Shown one piece after another: positions 14,201-27,341 of a stretch of 64,000 nucleotides of DNA. A program made the position numbers and the translations under genes. This stretch comes from Vitrella brassicaformis CCMP3155 (taxonomy: Eukaryota; Protista; Chromerida): the NCBI GenBank assembly GCA_001179505.1, contig CDMY01000592.1, positions 62,001 through 126,000 on the forward strand, in the 5' to 3' direction. How positions within the stretch are numbered: the stretch's first letter is position 1; each line of letters begins with the position of its first letter. The notes beneath the pieces were generated by a model, which worked only from the letters and a program-made list of their open reading frames with translations, did not search any database and had not been told where the DNA came from.

Positions 14201-14900
14201 GCGGGCAGGCAGGCACTAAGGCAGGTGGCGTTTTGGTACAGACCTAAGATAAGAACTAGACGAAGGGAGGAGGATGGTCCGCCCGTCCAGTACAGCCGTA
14301 GTTGAGGTGAAAGGCGAGAAGGAGTGGTGCGTACAGACGTGGTCGGTCGGTTATATCTATCTGCCTGCACGGCAGCGGCCCTGCCTCTCCCGTGTTGTTT
14401 GTGTTGCGTCCGTCCGCATGCTGTCTGGCCTGTGTGTCGGTGTCTTCTGGATGGACCGGATGGGTGGCTCTTGTGTGTCTTTGATTGGACGGACATTGAC
14501 GGACAGACAGACATTGCATTACATCGCGAGAAGCTGAAGCATTCTCACACACACATTCTGTGGGTGCACGCACTCGTTGGACAAGTCAAGGCAGCCAGGG
14601 GGACCACACACACAAACACGGACACACACACTCAGGCAGCGAGGGAATGGCATGTCGGGATAAAGACGAATCTTCGCCCATAACTCAAGCAGCGACTCAC
14701 TCACTGGACTGACTGGCTGGCTGGCTTGACGGATGGATGGATGGCTCTGTGTGCGCGAAGGACAGACTTTACACTGACCGTAACCCTCGCACCCAGCACA
14801 CACAGAGACCCAAACACACTCTCTCAGATGAACCAAACGCAATCGCCAATGAACAACCGTCACACTCTTTTTTTCCACTCTTCCACTCGGCGTTCTTGTC
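5040..14900. repeat. About 10 kb microsatellite-rich region with no convincing coding exon
   Basis: Dense (AC/GT)n, (AG/CT)n, (GACA)n, (GGAT)n, (GGCA)n, (GGGA)n and (GACT)n tracts. ORF translations are repeat-derived (THTH, CVCV, SLSL, QTDR). Confidence 0.6.
11096..11395. other. Assembly gap (300 N)
   Basis: Run of N. Confidence 1.
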
Positions 14901-14963
14901 AACGTCTTCTTGTCGGAAAGTTCGATCACTGCGAGCTTTGACGACTAGAAAGGCTTCTGTGCG

Positions 14964-16640
14964 ATGGGCAACACCGTCTCGCGGAAGGCCACCGACGAGG
15001 CCTCGCCGTCCGTCCACGGCCAGTGCCTCGACTTCATTCACCGGGACGACAGATACCAGCTCTACGACGAGGCCAAGGACATCGGCCGCCTCAGGACGGC
15101 AGCCCGCTTCGTCAGCAATGACCACTTCCCTGCCCTGACGCTCCGCGAGCGACTCAATTGGTCACTCCATCGCATTCGGCTCGCCGATGGGACCCGGCTG
15201 GAGACCGTGATAGCCTTCGGCCCGCAGTCGGTGACCGAGGCGCGGCTGCTGTTGGCGGCCATGTGAATGGTGGAGCAGCAGAGCTGGGATGAGGTGGCTG
15301 AGGTGCTGCGGTGGGCCAGCCAGTGTGGACACTGCACGCTGCCCGTCAGCATCACTGCTGACGACATCAACAAACACGCCGACATGACGGTGGGACTCAC
15401 AGGGCGGGAGGGAGGGAGGGGAAGAAAGGGCCTCATTTGCTCATCCATGCGCGTGTGTGTTGTGTGTGTGTAGGCGTATGTGTCGCTTCCCCGTGTGGTG
15501 GCGCAGCTGATGGTGGTAGGGAGGGCGTCACATCGACTTCGGTGACGGCAGCCGGCTGGAGCTCTTCCGCCATGCCCATCAGGTGCGGGCCATCAACGAC
15601 GAGCCCGGCTTCCGGCTGGACTTCAATCCGCCCCTCCCTGCCGGCCACCTCTACCGGCAGCACCGACTACAGGATGACCCACCAGTGCGTAGCGGCATCT
15701 TTTACGACAACGTCGACGGCGAATGACGGGGTACGGTGCGCTCCACCTATGCGTCGGCGTCGTCGTCCGCCAAGGACTTGATCCGCAACCATTTCGTTGA
15801 GACTCACCAGACCAATTTCACAACGAAATATCTCGACAGGTAAGCCACCGATGGCACCAGTGGGTGAGAGGGGTGTGTGTGTGGTGTGGTTGGTTCAGGA
15901 ATGACGGCGGCGGCCATCTGGATGCCCTCCTCACCCAGTCGCCCCACACGCCGGTGGACGGCTGCAGCACAACATTGACCTCGGAGGCTTATGTCCGATA
16001 CCTGGTGCTCACAAACAGCACCCACAACTTCGTCGCATGGATTCGCATCATTGACTGGGCAACAACGGGCAACAACGGTTAGGCCGACAGACAGACAGGC
16101 AGCTCTGCTGGTTACGTGCCACTAATGTTCTCTCCCTTGTGTGTCTGCAGTGGAGGTGAGTGTCAAGACGACCGAGGCGCCTGCGTCTGGTGTGCATGAG
16201 GATGCGCCCTTCAAGGACCGCTTCCCCGAGACGACCGTCCTGGCTTGTGTGCCGCTGGAGGCTGTGGCGCCTTACGTGTTCGACGGACAGCAGCCGCCAC
16301 AACAGCCACAGCCACAGCCACAGGCCCAGCCGCAGCAGCAGGGGGGCGACGACAGTGACGACGATGGTACGGACAGACAGACAGAGGGAGGGAGAGAGGG
16401 ACACACACATGAGGATGGATGGATGGATGGATGAGCCCTCTCTGTCTGTGTGGTGTAGATGAGGACGGCCGTGGTGAGAGTGAGGGTGACGACTATGACG
16501 ACGATGACGGTGGGAGGAGAGCGTTGCACATAAACACACACAGACACACAAACACACTTGGGTGGTGCAGATGGATCTTTTGATGGTGACGATGACGATG
16601 ACGATGATATGCATCCCAACGACGGACAAGAGGGCAGCGG
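14964..16640 (+). pseudogene. Disrupted member of a lineage-specific multicopy gene family (MGNTVS start, Q/P- and D-rich tail)
   Basis: The frame continues past in-frame TGA at 15264-15266 and 15724-15726. The exon starting 15474 (AYVSLPRVVAQLMVVG) is offset from RHIDFGDGSRLELF by an AGGG duplication near 15520. Later exons read NDGGGHLDALLTQSPHTPVDGC and FKDRFPETTVLACVPL. Confidence 0.65.
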
Positions 16641-17109
16641 AGGTACGCACCACAACACAACACGGCACAGACCCCCTGGCTCCTGTCGATCTGCATCACC
16701 TTTCTAGTTGTCTGATTGTGTGTGTGTGTGTGTGTGTTGATTAGGTAGCGACGAGTACTCAGAGTGACTCGTGAGGCGGACACGGCAATGGAGGCAAGAG
16801 GGGCTGTCGAGGCCGTCGAGTGCCCACAGACATACAGACAGTGTGATGACACGTGGATCAGTGCGTGGGGGTGCAGAAAAGATGGCCTTCATGGCTGGCT
16901 GTTGGGGGCTGTGGTGTTTGAGAGTGTGGCCGTCGGCATAGAAGAATTGAGCAGCCCACCAGCTGAGCCGCTGCATGTGGTCTACTCACTGGTGTTGTTT
17001 TGGCAGTGAGAATGCGAGGCGCCCCACAGACCCATATGGACTGTCTGACGAGGGAGGGACCACCAGGGAGGCGGGCAGCACAGTCCCTCACCTTGTCTTC
17101 CAACACATC

Positions 17110-17140
<31 letters not shown>

Positions 17141-19369
17141 CCCCCCATCCGTCCACTCTTTGTGTACAGCACAGCACGTGTGAGGGCTTTGGTGGATGGA
17201 TTTCCAATTTTGGGTCGGCCACTTGCTGCGCAATCGGCCGGTTGCAGCGCTTATCCATCTTTGCATGAGAGTTGTGTTGCTTTCCCGGCCACACACAGAG
17301 GACAGAGGAGCGCACCGCCAACCGATGTAGGATCACTTGCTGACAGAAGGAGGGAGGGATGTTAGCAACACAATCCATCCATCCATCAATCCATCCATCA
17401 ATCCATCCGTCTGTGGCGCATTGTTAGTTCCATTCCATACAGACAGACATGGTCGTGTGTGTTTCACACTGATTGCCCATCCACTCACACGTCACCACAC
17501 CACACAGACAGACAGACAGACAGACAGACCGCGGCCATGCAGTCAGTCAGTTTTGCCTTACTGTCGGTCGGGGCGGCTTCCTTTCTCTCTGTGTGTGTGT
17601 GTCTGTGTGTCGCTTTGAGTCCATATCTGTGTGACCCCCTGCATGGCACTCGGTACGGTCGCCGAGGCGCTTTTGCTGAGGGCTTCCGTGTCCACAGCCA
17701 CACACACTGACTGGAGTGATGCGCTTCACTCCTCCTTATCGCTGTGGTGTGCGGATGGATGGCCATGTGCTCATGACTGGTAAGTCTCTGCTGCCTTGGC
17801 TGCCTCAGTTTGGCTCTCTCCCGTCCCCCTCCGTCCCACCCTCTGTCTGTCCCTGTGTGTGTGTCCGTATTTGTATGTCCTCTGTACGCACCAATACATA
17901 CGGATACACACACACACATATATGTATAATATATCCATCGGGGTGGATTTCTGCGTCCATGGCCTCTTTGTCGGACTGTGTGGCCTGTTCATGGCTTCCT
18001 CTCTGCTGACGATGGCTGGATTTCCTCTCTAGCTCTCTCTGTGCGTATGTGTGATGCATGCTGACTTGCGTCTCATCAACTTTTTCGCTGATGCAATGGA
18101 ATCGATCACTGTGTGCTGACGGCGTCGAGACTGGGGGCAGATGGGGGTGCAAGCTTGGATGGAGTCTCCAAGTTCTTCCACGTGCACAGAAAGCGCCCTT
18201 TCACTCCTTTTTTCTTTTCGCGGCGAGATTTCTCGACGCGAGAGACAAGACAGTTTATTTAATGAATGCAGCCCATTTCGTGAGCACCGCCGCGCTTTTT
18301 CTCCTTGTCGGCCTTCTCGCGGCCACAGCTCCTCCATTTCATTTTCGTTCGGGCTGCTTGTCGTCCTATGTGGCTCGCCCAAGCCCCTCCAAGCCCTCCA
18401 GCTTGTCCGGATGGCAGCCGTCACTTCTTCCTTGCGCCTCCAGCTGACGGGCAGCCCTCAGCCGTTGGTACCCTGCCGCCTACCGAGAGCATGGCGTCTC
18501 CCGGGAGAGCACGGTGTCTTCTTCTCCCTCGCGGAAGCCTCCATGAGGTCAGTGCGTGTGCCTTATGTTCATACCTCTCTCTGCGCGTGCGCTCGTCCGT
18601 CTGTGGTCACTCCTGACGTGTGCGGTCATGCATTGCCCTACTTTGTGTGTGTGCAGATGAGTTCTCGACAGGCCGTCTCATCGACACACTTCTCAACAGG
18701 TGGTAAGTGTATCAGTAAGTCGAGCTTCCTGTGCTGCCCCGCAGAAATATATGTTCTCAGAGGCTGCGCAGGCCCACCTCTGCCCTTCAATTGTTTCCTC
18801 AGCGTAGCGACACTGACCGTCGACCTGACATCCGTCGAGCCAGTCGATGCAGTGGCAAATAGGTACTCAAAGTCAGAGCACTCGTCGCTTTGTCCTGTCC
18901 TGTCTGCAGGAGGAGAGCTTGTATCTGAGTCCGATACTCTTGCCGGGTATCACGAGAGCGTTTCGTCGCCGGTGTTTCTTGTTTTTCAATGTGTTCTCAT
19001 TTCCCGCAGATGGCCAGGCAGCCGGCGGGTCGCTGTGCGAGAGGGAGAAGGCTGCCTTCACAGGTGCACAAACTCATGGGGACCAAGAACCTCTGGCCAT
19101 CTCCTTCACCATCAAGCGCACCAAGGGGAAGCCCATCCACGGGGCTGGTACGGAGGCACACGCAAGAGAGAGGGATTGAAGCCGGATGAATGAACAAGTG
19201 CCCTGCTGTTGATATGCTTGTGAAGGGACATTTGCCAAAATAGGCACAGAGAAGGCGGGGGAAAAGGAGGTGCCGAAGGTGTCGATGGACGACGTCTTGG
19301 TGACGTTTCCAAGGGCTAGGCCTCAGCTTTCACACCCTCTCGACCGTGACTTGGCATGCGTCTGCTTCA

Positions 19370-20219
19370 GGGGATGGCTGCGGAACATCATCGCGGCATT
19401 CCCGCGCACAAAGGAGTACATCCTCGACAATTAGCCCGACAAGAAAGTCGACAACAACGACGGCAGCGGTGGTGGCAAGGGCAAGAATGCCCGATGGCTG
19501 CCCAACATAAGTGCGGCATTCCCGCGCACCCATCGGTGGCTCCTTGACAAGTTTCCACACACAATGGCCAAGCTCGGTCTGGTACGATGAATAGATAGAT
19601 ACCCACGTGAATTAGTGTATGCCTGTCTTATCTCCCTTATGTGCAGAGGCACCCGCCCCCCGAACGAGAGCAGGTGGCCCCACCATACCCGCCACCGCCG
19701 CCATCACACGCCACGGCCGGGACGCTGCCCAGGAGAAGGGCTTGGCTGCTTGGAACTTTCAAGAATACGGCCAAACACCTAGGACTGGTAGGATGCTGCA
19801 CACACATTGAAGCAACACCTGTTCACATGCAGTCTTCGCCGCTTCTGTGCCGTTCCGTCCCTCTGCAGAAAGTCCCGTCGCCGCCAGCCCTCGAGAGCGA
19901 TGTGACGACGCCAGTGAGGTGGACGCCACTATATATTATGCAATAAATCCGAACAGCCCCGTCAAGTGCCCCTGCCTGTGTCTCGCTGTGTGTGTATGTG
20001 TTTCAGACATGGCAGTATCCCATTGCTGTCTACATTTTATATTTCGTCAACTCCTTTTGCCTTCACCCGCGCATCCCACGAGATGGCGAAGCAAGAGAAG
20101 GATCATGGAAGGTGGTCGAACTGTGGGATACACTAGCGAATGGACTGTCTCTCCTTGTTTACGGGTGCCGTTTGTGTGTGGTCTTTTCTCTCTTCGTGTA
20201 TGTATGTGCTGTAGTGTGC

Positions 20220-20255
<36 letters not shown>

Positions 20256-22607
20256 TTGTGCGTATGTGTGTGTCAGTTTTGGGCGAGCTGTTGCCCCGAC
20301 CTTTTGGCCCCAGCGACCCCCCCACACCATGCCGACGCCGCCCAAACGAATCCCTCTCTCACGGTGCGGGGGGGAGGGGCCCGAGGATCGACGACCGCTT
20401 CGCCATGGTCCGATGGGTAAGTTTACAACACAGACAGACAGCAGAAGGCCAAAGCCCACCAAGCAACTTATTTACCTACTCTCTCGGCTTGGCTTGACGA
20501 CCTGTGTCCTGCACGTGTATGCCTGTGTTTGGTTCAGCACGCCCCGCACCACATCGACTCGGCAAGCCCCGACAACAAAGTCGACAACAACGACGGCAGC
20601 GGTGGTGGCAAGGGCAAGAATGCCCGATGGCTGCCCAACATATGTGCGGCATTCCCGCGCACCCACCGGTGGCTTCTGGACAAGTTTCCGAACACAACGG
20701 CTACGTTGGGCCTGGTAGGATGAATAGATAGATACCCACGTGAATTAGTCTGTCTTATCTCGTTATGTGCAGCGAAATCGGCCGCCCAAACCGAAGCAGG
20801 CGCCGCCATATCCGCCACCACCGCCTTCCAACTCGACCGGGCCGCTGCCAAGGACGAGGAAATTTCTGCTCTCCACATTCAAAAATACGGCAAAACAACT
20901 GGCATTGGTAGGATGCTGCACATACATTGAAGGAACACTCCTGTGCCGTTCCGACCTTCCCATCACAGGCGCCAGCACCAGCATCTCCATCGCCCCAGCA
21001 GCAGATGACCCCGCCCAGCCAGCCGCCCCCACCTCCTTCGCCCCCACCACCACCACCCCCGCCCAAGACCAACGCCACGGGCCCAACGACTGGTACGAGG
21101 GAGGAGCCAAGACGGTGACGACTGTGATTGTGTTTGCTGTGTTACAATTTGTATGTTTGTATGTTTGTTGATTGCAATGCATGCAGGCAAGTCGTATAGC
21201 GACACGGTGAAGGACAGCGTCGTCAAGGAGGGCCCGGCAGGGGCAGCGCCGGTAGCTGCCACACTACCCAAGGTCAGAGAGAGAGTGAAGTGAGCTGAGT
21301 GAGGCGACATGTCCATCAGCCGATGGTTGCAAGAGCAAGACGACCCGATGGCTGGGAATATTCCCACGCACACAGAAGTACCTGCTCGACAATTTTCCAC
21401 ACACAATGGCAAACTTGGGCCTGGTACGATGAATAGATAGATACCCACGTGAATTGGTTTATGCCTGTCTTATCTCCCCTATGTGCAGAGGGAGCCGCCG
21501 CCCGAACGAGAGCAGGCGGCGCCCTACCCGCCACCACCGCCATCATCACAGACCGCCGCCAAGCCGCTGCCCACGGACCACAGCTTTCCTTCTCTCAACA
21601 TTCAAAAATACGGCGAAACATCTGAAATTGGTAGGATGCTGTACACACATTGAAGCAACACTCCAGAAGCAAGAATGGCCTTGCAACTGTGGATCATCAT
21701 TGGCTGCATCCATCGTGTTGCATCAGGACTCGACGTCGATGGACAGCCCTCTGCAGGCCACCCACACACTCGCATCGCCAGCACCAGCACCAGCACTCGC
21801 TGAACCACAGGCCGCCGATGGAGACCAAAGGCAAGGGGGAGCTACAGCAGATGCCGCCATGGACGCGCCACCTGCACCTGCAGGTCCAGAAGAAGCCGTA
21901 GAGGGCCAGCAGGCACCGGCCACAGGCACTGCTGCGGCAATGGAGGTGGAGGACGACCAACAGCAGCAGCGGTGGCGCGGCCTCGAGGCCCGACGTTTTG
22001 GCCCCAACGAGCCCCCCGACCCCCTGCCGACAAAGCCGCGAAGAGTCCCCATCTTGCCGCCGCCCGAGACGGTGCTGTCTGCCGTGGGTGCGGGGGGAAG
22101 GGGGCAGCAGCAGCCGCCGCAACAGCCACACCCACAGCCACAGCAGCAGCCACAGCCACAGCCACAGCAGCAGCCACAGCCTGCCGCCGTCAAAGGTACG
22201 CACACACACACACATGCACACACATCCCCCGCAACACAGCCATCTCTCCACCTGTCCATGCGTGTGTGTATGTCTCTCTCTCTCTGTGTGTGCGCCTCTC
22301 CCTCCCCCCTCCCCCTCTCACCCATTGCCTCACGTCAGCCATGGTAGAGTATTGGCTGAAGCAACAGGAGGCTCGGGCCGCCCAGCACCGGGAGGATCTG
22401 GCACAGCAGCAGCAGCATCACCGGCAGCAGATACGGCAGATGATGCAGCAGCAGGCCGAGATGCAGCAGCAGATGCTGGAGCAGCAGCAGGCGCTGCTCA
22501 GGCAGCACCCAATCTTCTCACGCCACTTTTCCAACCGGGGTATGTACCACACACATGCTCACAGACAGATGGACAGGCGGACGGACAGGCATGAGAGCGG
22601 GACTGTT

Positions 22608-22647
<40 letters not shown>

Positions 22648-25153
22648 TATGTGTCGGATTGCAGACGTCCAGGCCACCAGCGTACGCAGATGACTACATA
22701 AGACACGACGTCACACCAGGAGAGCTTATGTATGTCCTCTCTTTATCGCTGTATGTGTCCATGCAGCCAACGTCGGATGCGTCGGCTCAGGACGAGCGCA
22801 AGGTAAACCTCACACACATCCACCCACTCACTCACTCACTCACAACATGGCCACATCCATCCAAGTGCACCTGCCTGCGTCTGTGTGTGGGTTGTGTGTG
22901 TGCAGGTCGGTTCGGTTCCATGTAGGCCGACATACATGTCCTGTGTTCACAGATAGACAAGTGAGAGTTCTCTGTTTTTGCAGATCGCCGTCTACATTTT
23001 ATATTCGTCGGCACATCTCAACATCGATGCGCTGCCCCCTTCGCCCTCCCATTACATTACGGAGTCGCCATCTGGCTACATCTGGCTGCATCCTGCGAGT
23101 GGGCAGCGTGAGAAGGACCAAGACACTGCAATCCAATCGGTGTGCACACACCCAATGTGTCTGTTGCTGGTGTGCAGATCGTTGTCTACATGTTATATTT
23201 GACCGACTGATGACGACACTTCACCCGCACCGCCTTGGCTCGCCGTGTGCGCATCAAAGGTAAGCTGTCAAAATAGACTGATCGACTCCACTGGTATGTG
23301 TCTCGCGTCTGTGTCTTCAGAGCGATCGGTGTCTACATGTTATATCCTGTGGGCCCCTTCTACTTGATCCAAGATTGGCTGCTGTGCATCAGTGAGTTTA
23401 TCCCCGGCGGCCCCACAGGTGCGTGCGTAAGTGAGAGGCAAAAGAAGAGGCTCATCAACAAGAGCCCATGTCTCCTTTTCTTCTCCGTTTTTGTCTCCGC
23501 ATCTTTGGTGAATGACGAGGCCGATTGGTGAATGACGACAAAGATACCGTACCATATGGCCGAGACCACCCGACCTCGCCAGCAACCCCCCGACACCCTG
23601 CCGACGAAGCCGCGAAGAATTCCTCTCTCGCCGCCCGGGACGGTGCTGCGTGACGTGGGTTGCGAGGGGTATGTGAAGCTGTCAAGCTACGTCACGTGTC
23701 TGTGTGTCCAGGTCGATCGCTGTCTCCGTTTTATATCCGTGGACCTCTCCTTCTCAATTGCCGATGCACCTCATCTAAAAGCGCTTTGAAATAAATTCCT
23801 AGTAGAGGAACAACAGAAGAGACTCGTGAACATTTGCTCATGTCTCCTCTTTTCTCTGTTCGTCTCCGCATAATTGGCCGCTCCGGCGGCCCCCGAGAGA
23901 TCTATCTGCCAAGTGCCCGCTGGCGGCCTTTCATCGCGGCTCATGGCGGGCGACAGAGGTGCCGTTCTGAACGGCACCATTTCGCATAGCGATGCGATGG
24001 CTTGGAGAGATCATTGCGGCATTCCCGCCCACGCAGCAGTACCTCCACGACAATTTCCCAAGAACGACGGCCACGTTGGGCCTGGTACGATGAATAGATA
24101 GATACCCACGTGAATTGGTTTATGCCTGTCTTATCTCCTTTATGTGCAGAGGGAGCCCCCCCCAAACCAGAGCAGGCGGCACCCTACTCGCCACCACCGC
24201 CATCATCACAGACCGCCGCCAAGCCGCTGCCACGGACCACAGCTTTCCTTCTCTCAACATTCAAGAATACGGCGAAACATCTGAAATTGGTAGGATGCTG
24301 CACACACATTGAAGCAACACTCCAGAAGCAAGAATGGCCTTGCAACTGTGGATCATCATTGGCTGCATCCATCGTGTTGCATCAGGACTCGACGTCGACG
24401 ACTCCCTTCCTGTGTTCGGCATCGAGCCGCCCGAGCAAGCCCGTCGGCCGCTCGTCAAAGGGCACGCCCGTGCGCACACCGACCATGCCCACACCCACAT
24501 CGCACACACAAAAGGCCGGCCCCACACCATCGCCCCTGCCTCAGCCCGGCAGCAAACTGACCCCTCCCAGCAGAAAGGCCCTTTCGCCACACGAAGCGGC
24601 AAGGGTGCTCCTGCCGCCGCCGCCGCTGCTGCCGCTGCTAGTGGTGCCGCTGTGTCGCCTGTGATAGGGCCGTTGATGGAGTTTCCAGGGCGGAAGACGT
24701 CTAGACGACCCTCGTGTAAGGGAGGGAGACATGGGGGAGAGACAGATAGAAAAGATGTGTCGGTGTGCGGTGTGGTATGGGGGTGGGGATGCAATGGGTG
24801 CAGTTGGTGTGGCCGTCATGCCGGATGCCATTCCGCCCTCGATGCTCAAACGGCACATCGGTACCACACCACACGCAAGCCCGTCTGTCCCTCTCTCTCT
24901 CTCTCTCTCTCTCTCCCATACTCATCTGTCAATATGTGGACTCGGCAGACAACAACGACGGCAGCGGTGGTGGCAAGGGCAAGAATGCCCGATGGCTGCC
25001 CAACATATGTGCGGCATTCCCGCGCACCCATCGGTGGCTTCTCGACAGGTTTCCGAACACAACGGCCACGTTGGGCCTGGTACGATGAATAGATAGATAC
25101 CCACGTCAATTAGTGTATGTATGCCTGTCTTATCTCCCCTATGTGCAGAAAAA
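19370..25153 (+). repeat. Patchwork array of duplicated exon-intron modules (A/B motif pairs and other modules), partly pseudogenic
   Basis: Five copies of intron GTACGATGAATAGATAGATACCCACGT...TATGTGCAG start at 19582, 20715, 21424, 24085 and 25080. Each follows an exon ending FPRT..[WY]LLD.FP.T.A.LGL and precedes an exon encoding PYPPPPP...LPRT..[FW]LL.TFKNTAK.L.L (the last is cut by the gap). There is a premature TAG at 19432 and a +1 indel near 21570. Confidence 0.85.
24426..25153 (+). repeat. Segmental duplicate of the formin 3' region (38253-38981)
   Basis: Colinear and highly similar, but with substitutions and indels, e.g. ccacacgaagcggcaagg versus ccacccgaagacggcaagg. Runs into a gap. 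Confidence 0.9.
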
Positions 25154-25453
25154 NNNNNNNNNNNNNNNNNNNNNNNNNNNNNNNNNNNNNNNNNNNNNNN
25201 NNNNNNNNNNNNNNNNNNNNNNNNNNNNNNNNNNNNNNNNNNNNNNNNNNNNNNNNNNNNNNNNNNNNNNNNNNNNNNNNNNNNNNNNNNNNNNNNNNNN
25301 NNNNNNNNNNNNNNNNNNNNNNNNNNNNNNNNNNNNNNNNNNNNNNNNNNNNNNNNNNNNNNNNNNNNNNNNNNNNNNNNNNNNNNNNNNNNNNNNNNNN
25401 NNNNNNNNNNNNNNNNNNNNNNNNNNNNNNNNNNNNNNNNNNNNNNNNNNNNN
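25154..25453. other. Assembly gap (300 N)
   Basis: Run of N. Confidence 1.
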
Positions 25454-27341
25454 TACGCGTCAGGTTCTGGTGTGGACAGCCACGCGTGCCACAGGGCATT
25501 CCACTGCCAGAACTACTTCCTCAAGATCGACGCCCGTGACGGAGTCGAGAGGATCAGGGCCACCATACAGGGGCTGCAGCTGGGATGAGCTTCAGGCCGT
25601 CGGGCTGTTTGCTAAGCTGGCGGGTGATAAAGTGTCTATCGCCGCGTTGTACAGTGGCGGCGGTGGACGAGGAGGGTGCCGGGCTGGCTGTGTACACACA
25701 TGTTTGTGCTTGTCTATACGTGCGACTGACTGGGGGGCTGTCTCACGATGAATCGATCCATCGATCCATGGTAAGCAGGCAGGCAGGCAGGAGACTGCCT
25801 GACTGTGGTGTGCAGATGTGTGTGAGGCGGTGTGTTCTTTGCCGAGTCGGATCAAGGACGACTCATGTGCTGTGAGTGGGGTTATCCCGTGTAGTAAGTT
25901 TGCCTGCCAAGGCCTCCATCAGTCAGTGGCTTGTTCCATAATCCCAATTGGGAAGGTCTGGTCAGCTCACGCCACAGACACAAACACGGCAGTGACCGAC
26001 GACAGACAAGACGGCACACACAGACGAAAGCAGCACACACCATCAGACGCCGGAGGAACTGTGCCCTGCTGATCCAATCGTCCACCGACAGCGCCAGATG
26101 CGGCCCACTCGAAAGACAGTGAGTGAGCGAGAGACCGCAGCAAAGATGATAATTCCCAGTCCGCCATCCACCAGACCCGGCGCAATAGTCATCCTGCCGC
26201 AAGCAACGACAGACAGACAGACATGGAGTGAGTGAGACGGTCAGTCAGTCCGCTGGCTTCCGATCTATAATTGCCCTTACCTGCACGGTCCGCCGGGCAG
26301 TGACATGTCTGAGCATCTGGCGAGAAGCCCGATGCAAGGATGACACACCATGAGTTCAACGCTATCAGCTTCAGACAATTTGCACGCCCGATATCGCACC
26401 GATGATGAGCCGCTCTCGCTCTCGAGACTACTCCAGCGATACACACAAGTGCCAGTTTGAAGACAAACTTTATCTTGAGCTGCTGGTCGCCAAGAACGAC
26501 GGTGTCCCTCGCCGCATCATTGTTGTTGATCACACACTCGGGCAGCTCATCGGCCAGGCTTTCGAACGATCTGCTCTCTGACCTGCTGCTGGACCGACGC
26601 AAGCGTCAACGAGCCAGAGCCACCCAAAGAGTCCAGGACATTAGCACCCACGATTGTGGCGTAGGCGTTGATCTGCCGGCGCTTCTCGCTGCGGTTGCCG
26701 CAGTGTCCGGGCGACACATTTGGGGAGTCAGAGGGCGACCAGCAAGGCCAGGACGAGATGAATGTGCACCCACACAGACACGCACTCAACTGACTACTGC
26801 ATGGTTTCCATCCATCAGTGTACCACGGCGGTGAAGAGAGCGGAGTACCCCTCTTCCCCTGTAAAGCCACAGAGAAGTCCATTCATCCATCCTGTGAAGT
26901 GCCTCGGGCAGTCCACTGACCTGCAACACCCAACAGATGGCACACAAAGGGACAGAGAAATGAATCGCTGACTGCAGATCTCTGTGCAGCTCGTGATTGT
27001 GCGGTGCAGGGGGGTGATGTGGCGAGCTGGATGTGCCTCTTTTTCGTGGTGTTTGAGTTGTGTGCGCGTTACACGACGTTACGTTATACCGACGCCTGCC
27101 CTAACGCCCAATCTCCGCGCGGGAGAGAGAGAGAGAGAGGAAGAAAGGCAGCAGAGAGACTCACAAACGCACACAGGATGGCGACCAACACGCAGCCAGA
27201 AGGGCTCTCACTGCATCAGCTGACTTTTCTCTCTCTCTGTTCTGTGAAGCCGCCGTGATTTGGCTCCCGAGCTCACTTACCACACAGCGGATCAGCAACA
27301 GCGGCCTTCAAGCATCGCGTCTATTCGCACGGCTCACAGGC

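Noticed and set aside
5043-14929. Dozens of 60-250 aa ORFs in the ORF track
   Set aside because: They are translations of microsatellites or span gaps, with no coherent exon structure or motif.
15264-15726. Two in-frame TGA codons, each one base from TGG, suggesting UGA-to-Trp recoding or selenocysteine
   Set aside because: The same gene has a 4-nt frameshifting duplication near 15520 and uses TGG elsewhere, and other genes here end in TGA. Pseudogenisation is simpler.
18141-19193. 350-aa ORF
   Set aside because: It runs through intron-like GT-AG segments and shows no recognisable domain. At most these are degenerate exon remnants.
19582-19646. Conserved intron as a box C/D snoRNA or an Introner element
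   Set aside because: It has no proper RTGATGA/CTGA pair. Copies sit at homologous exon junctions rather than unrelated sites, and no TIR or TSD is visible.
19582-25148. CRISPR-like array (conserved repeat with variable spacers)
   Set aside because: The repeats are ~65-nt GT-AG introns spaced 0.7-2.7 kb apart in a eukaryote, and no cas genes are present.
25454-26880. Possible coding fragments after the gap and on the minus strand at 26190-26880
   Set aside because: The frames are broken and no start, stop or family could be supported from sequence alone.
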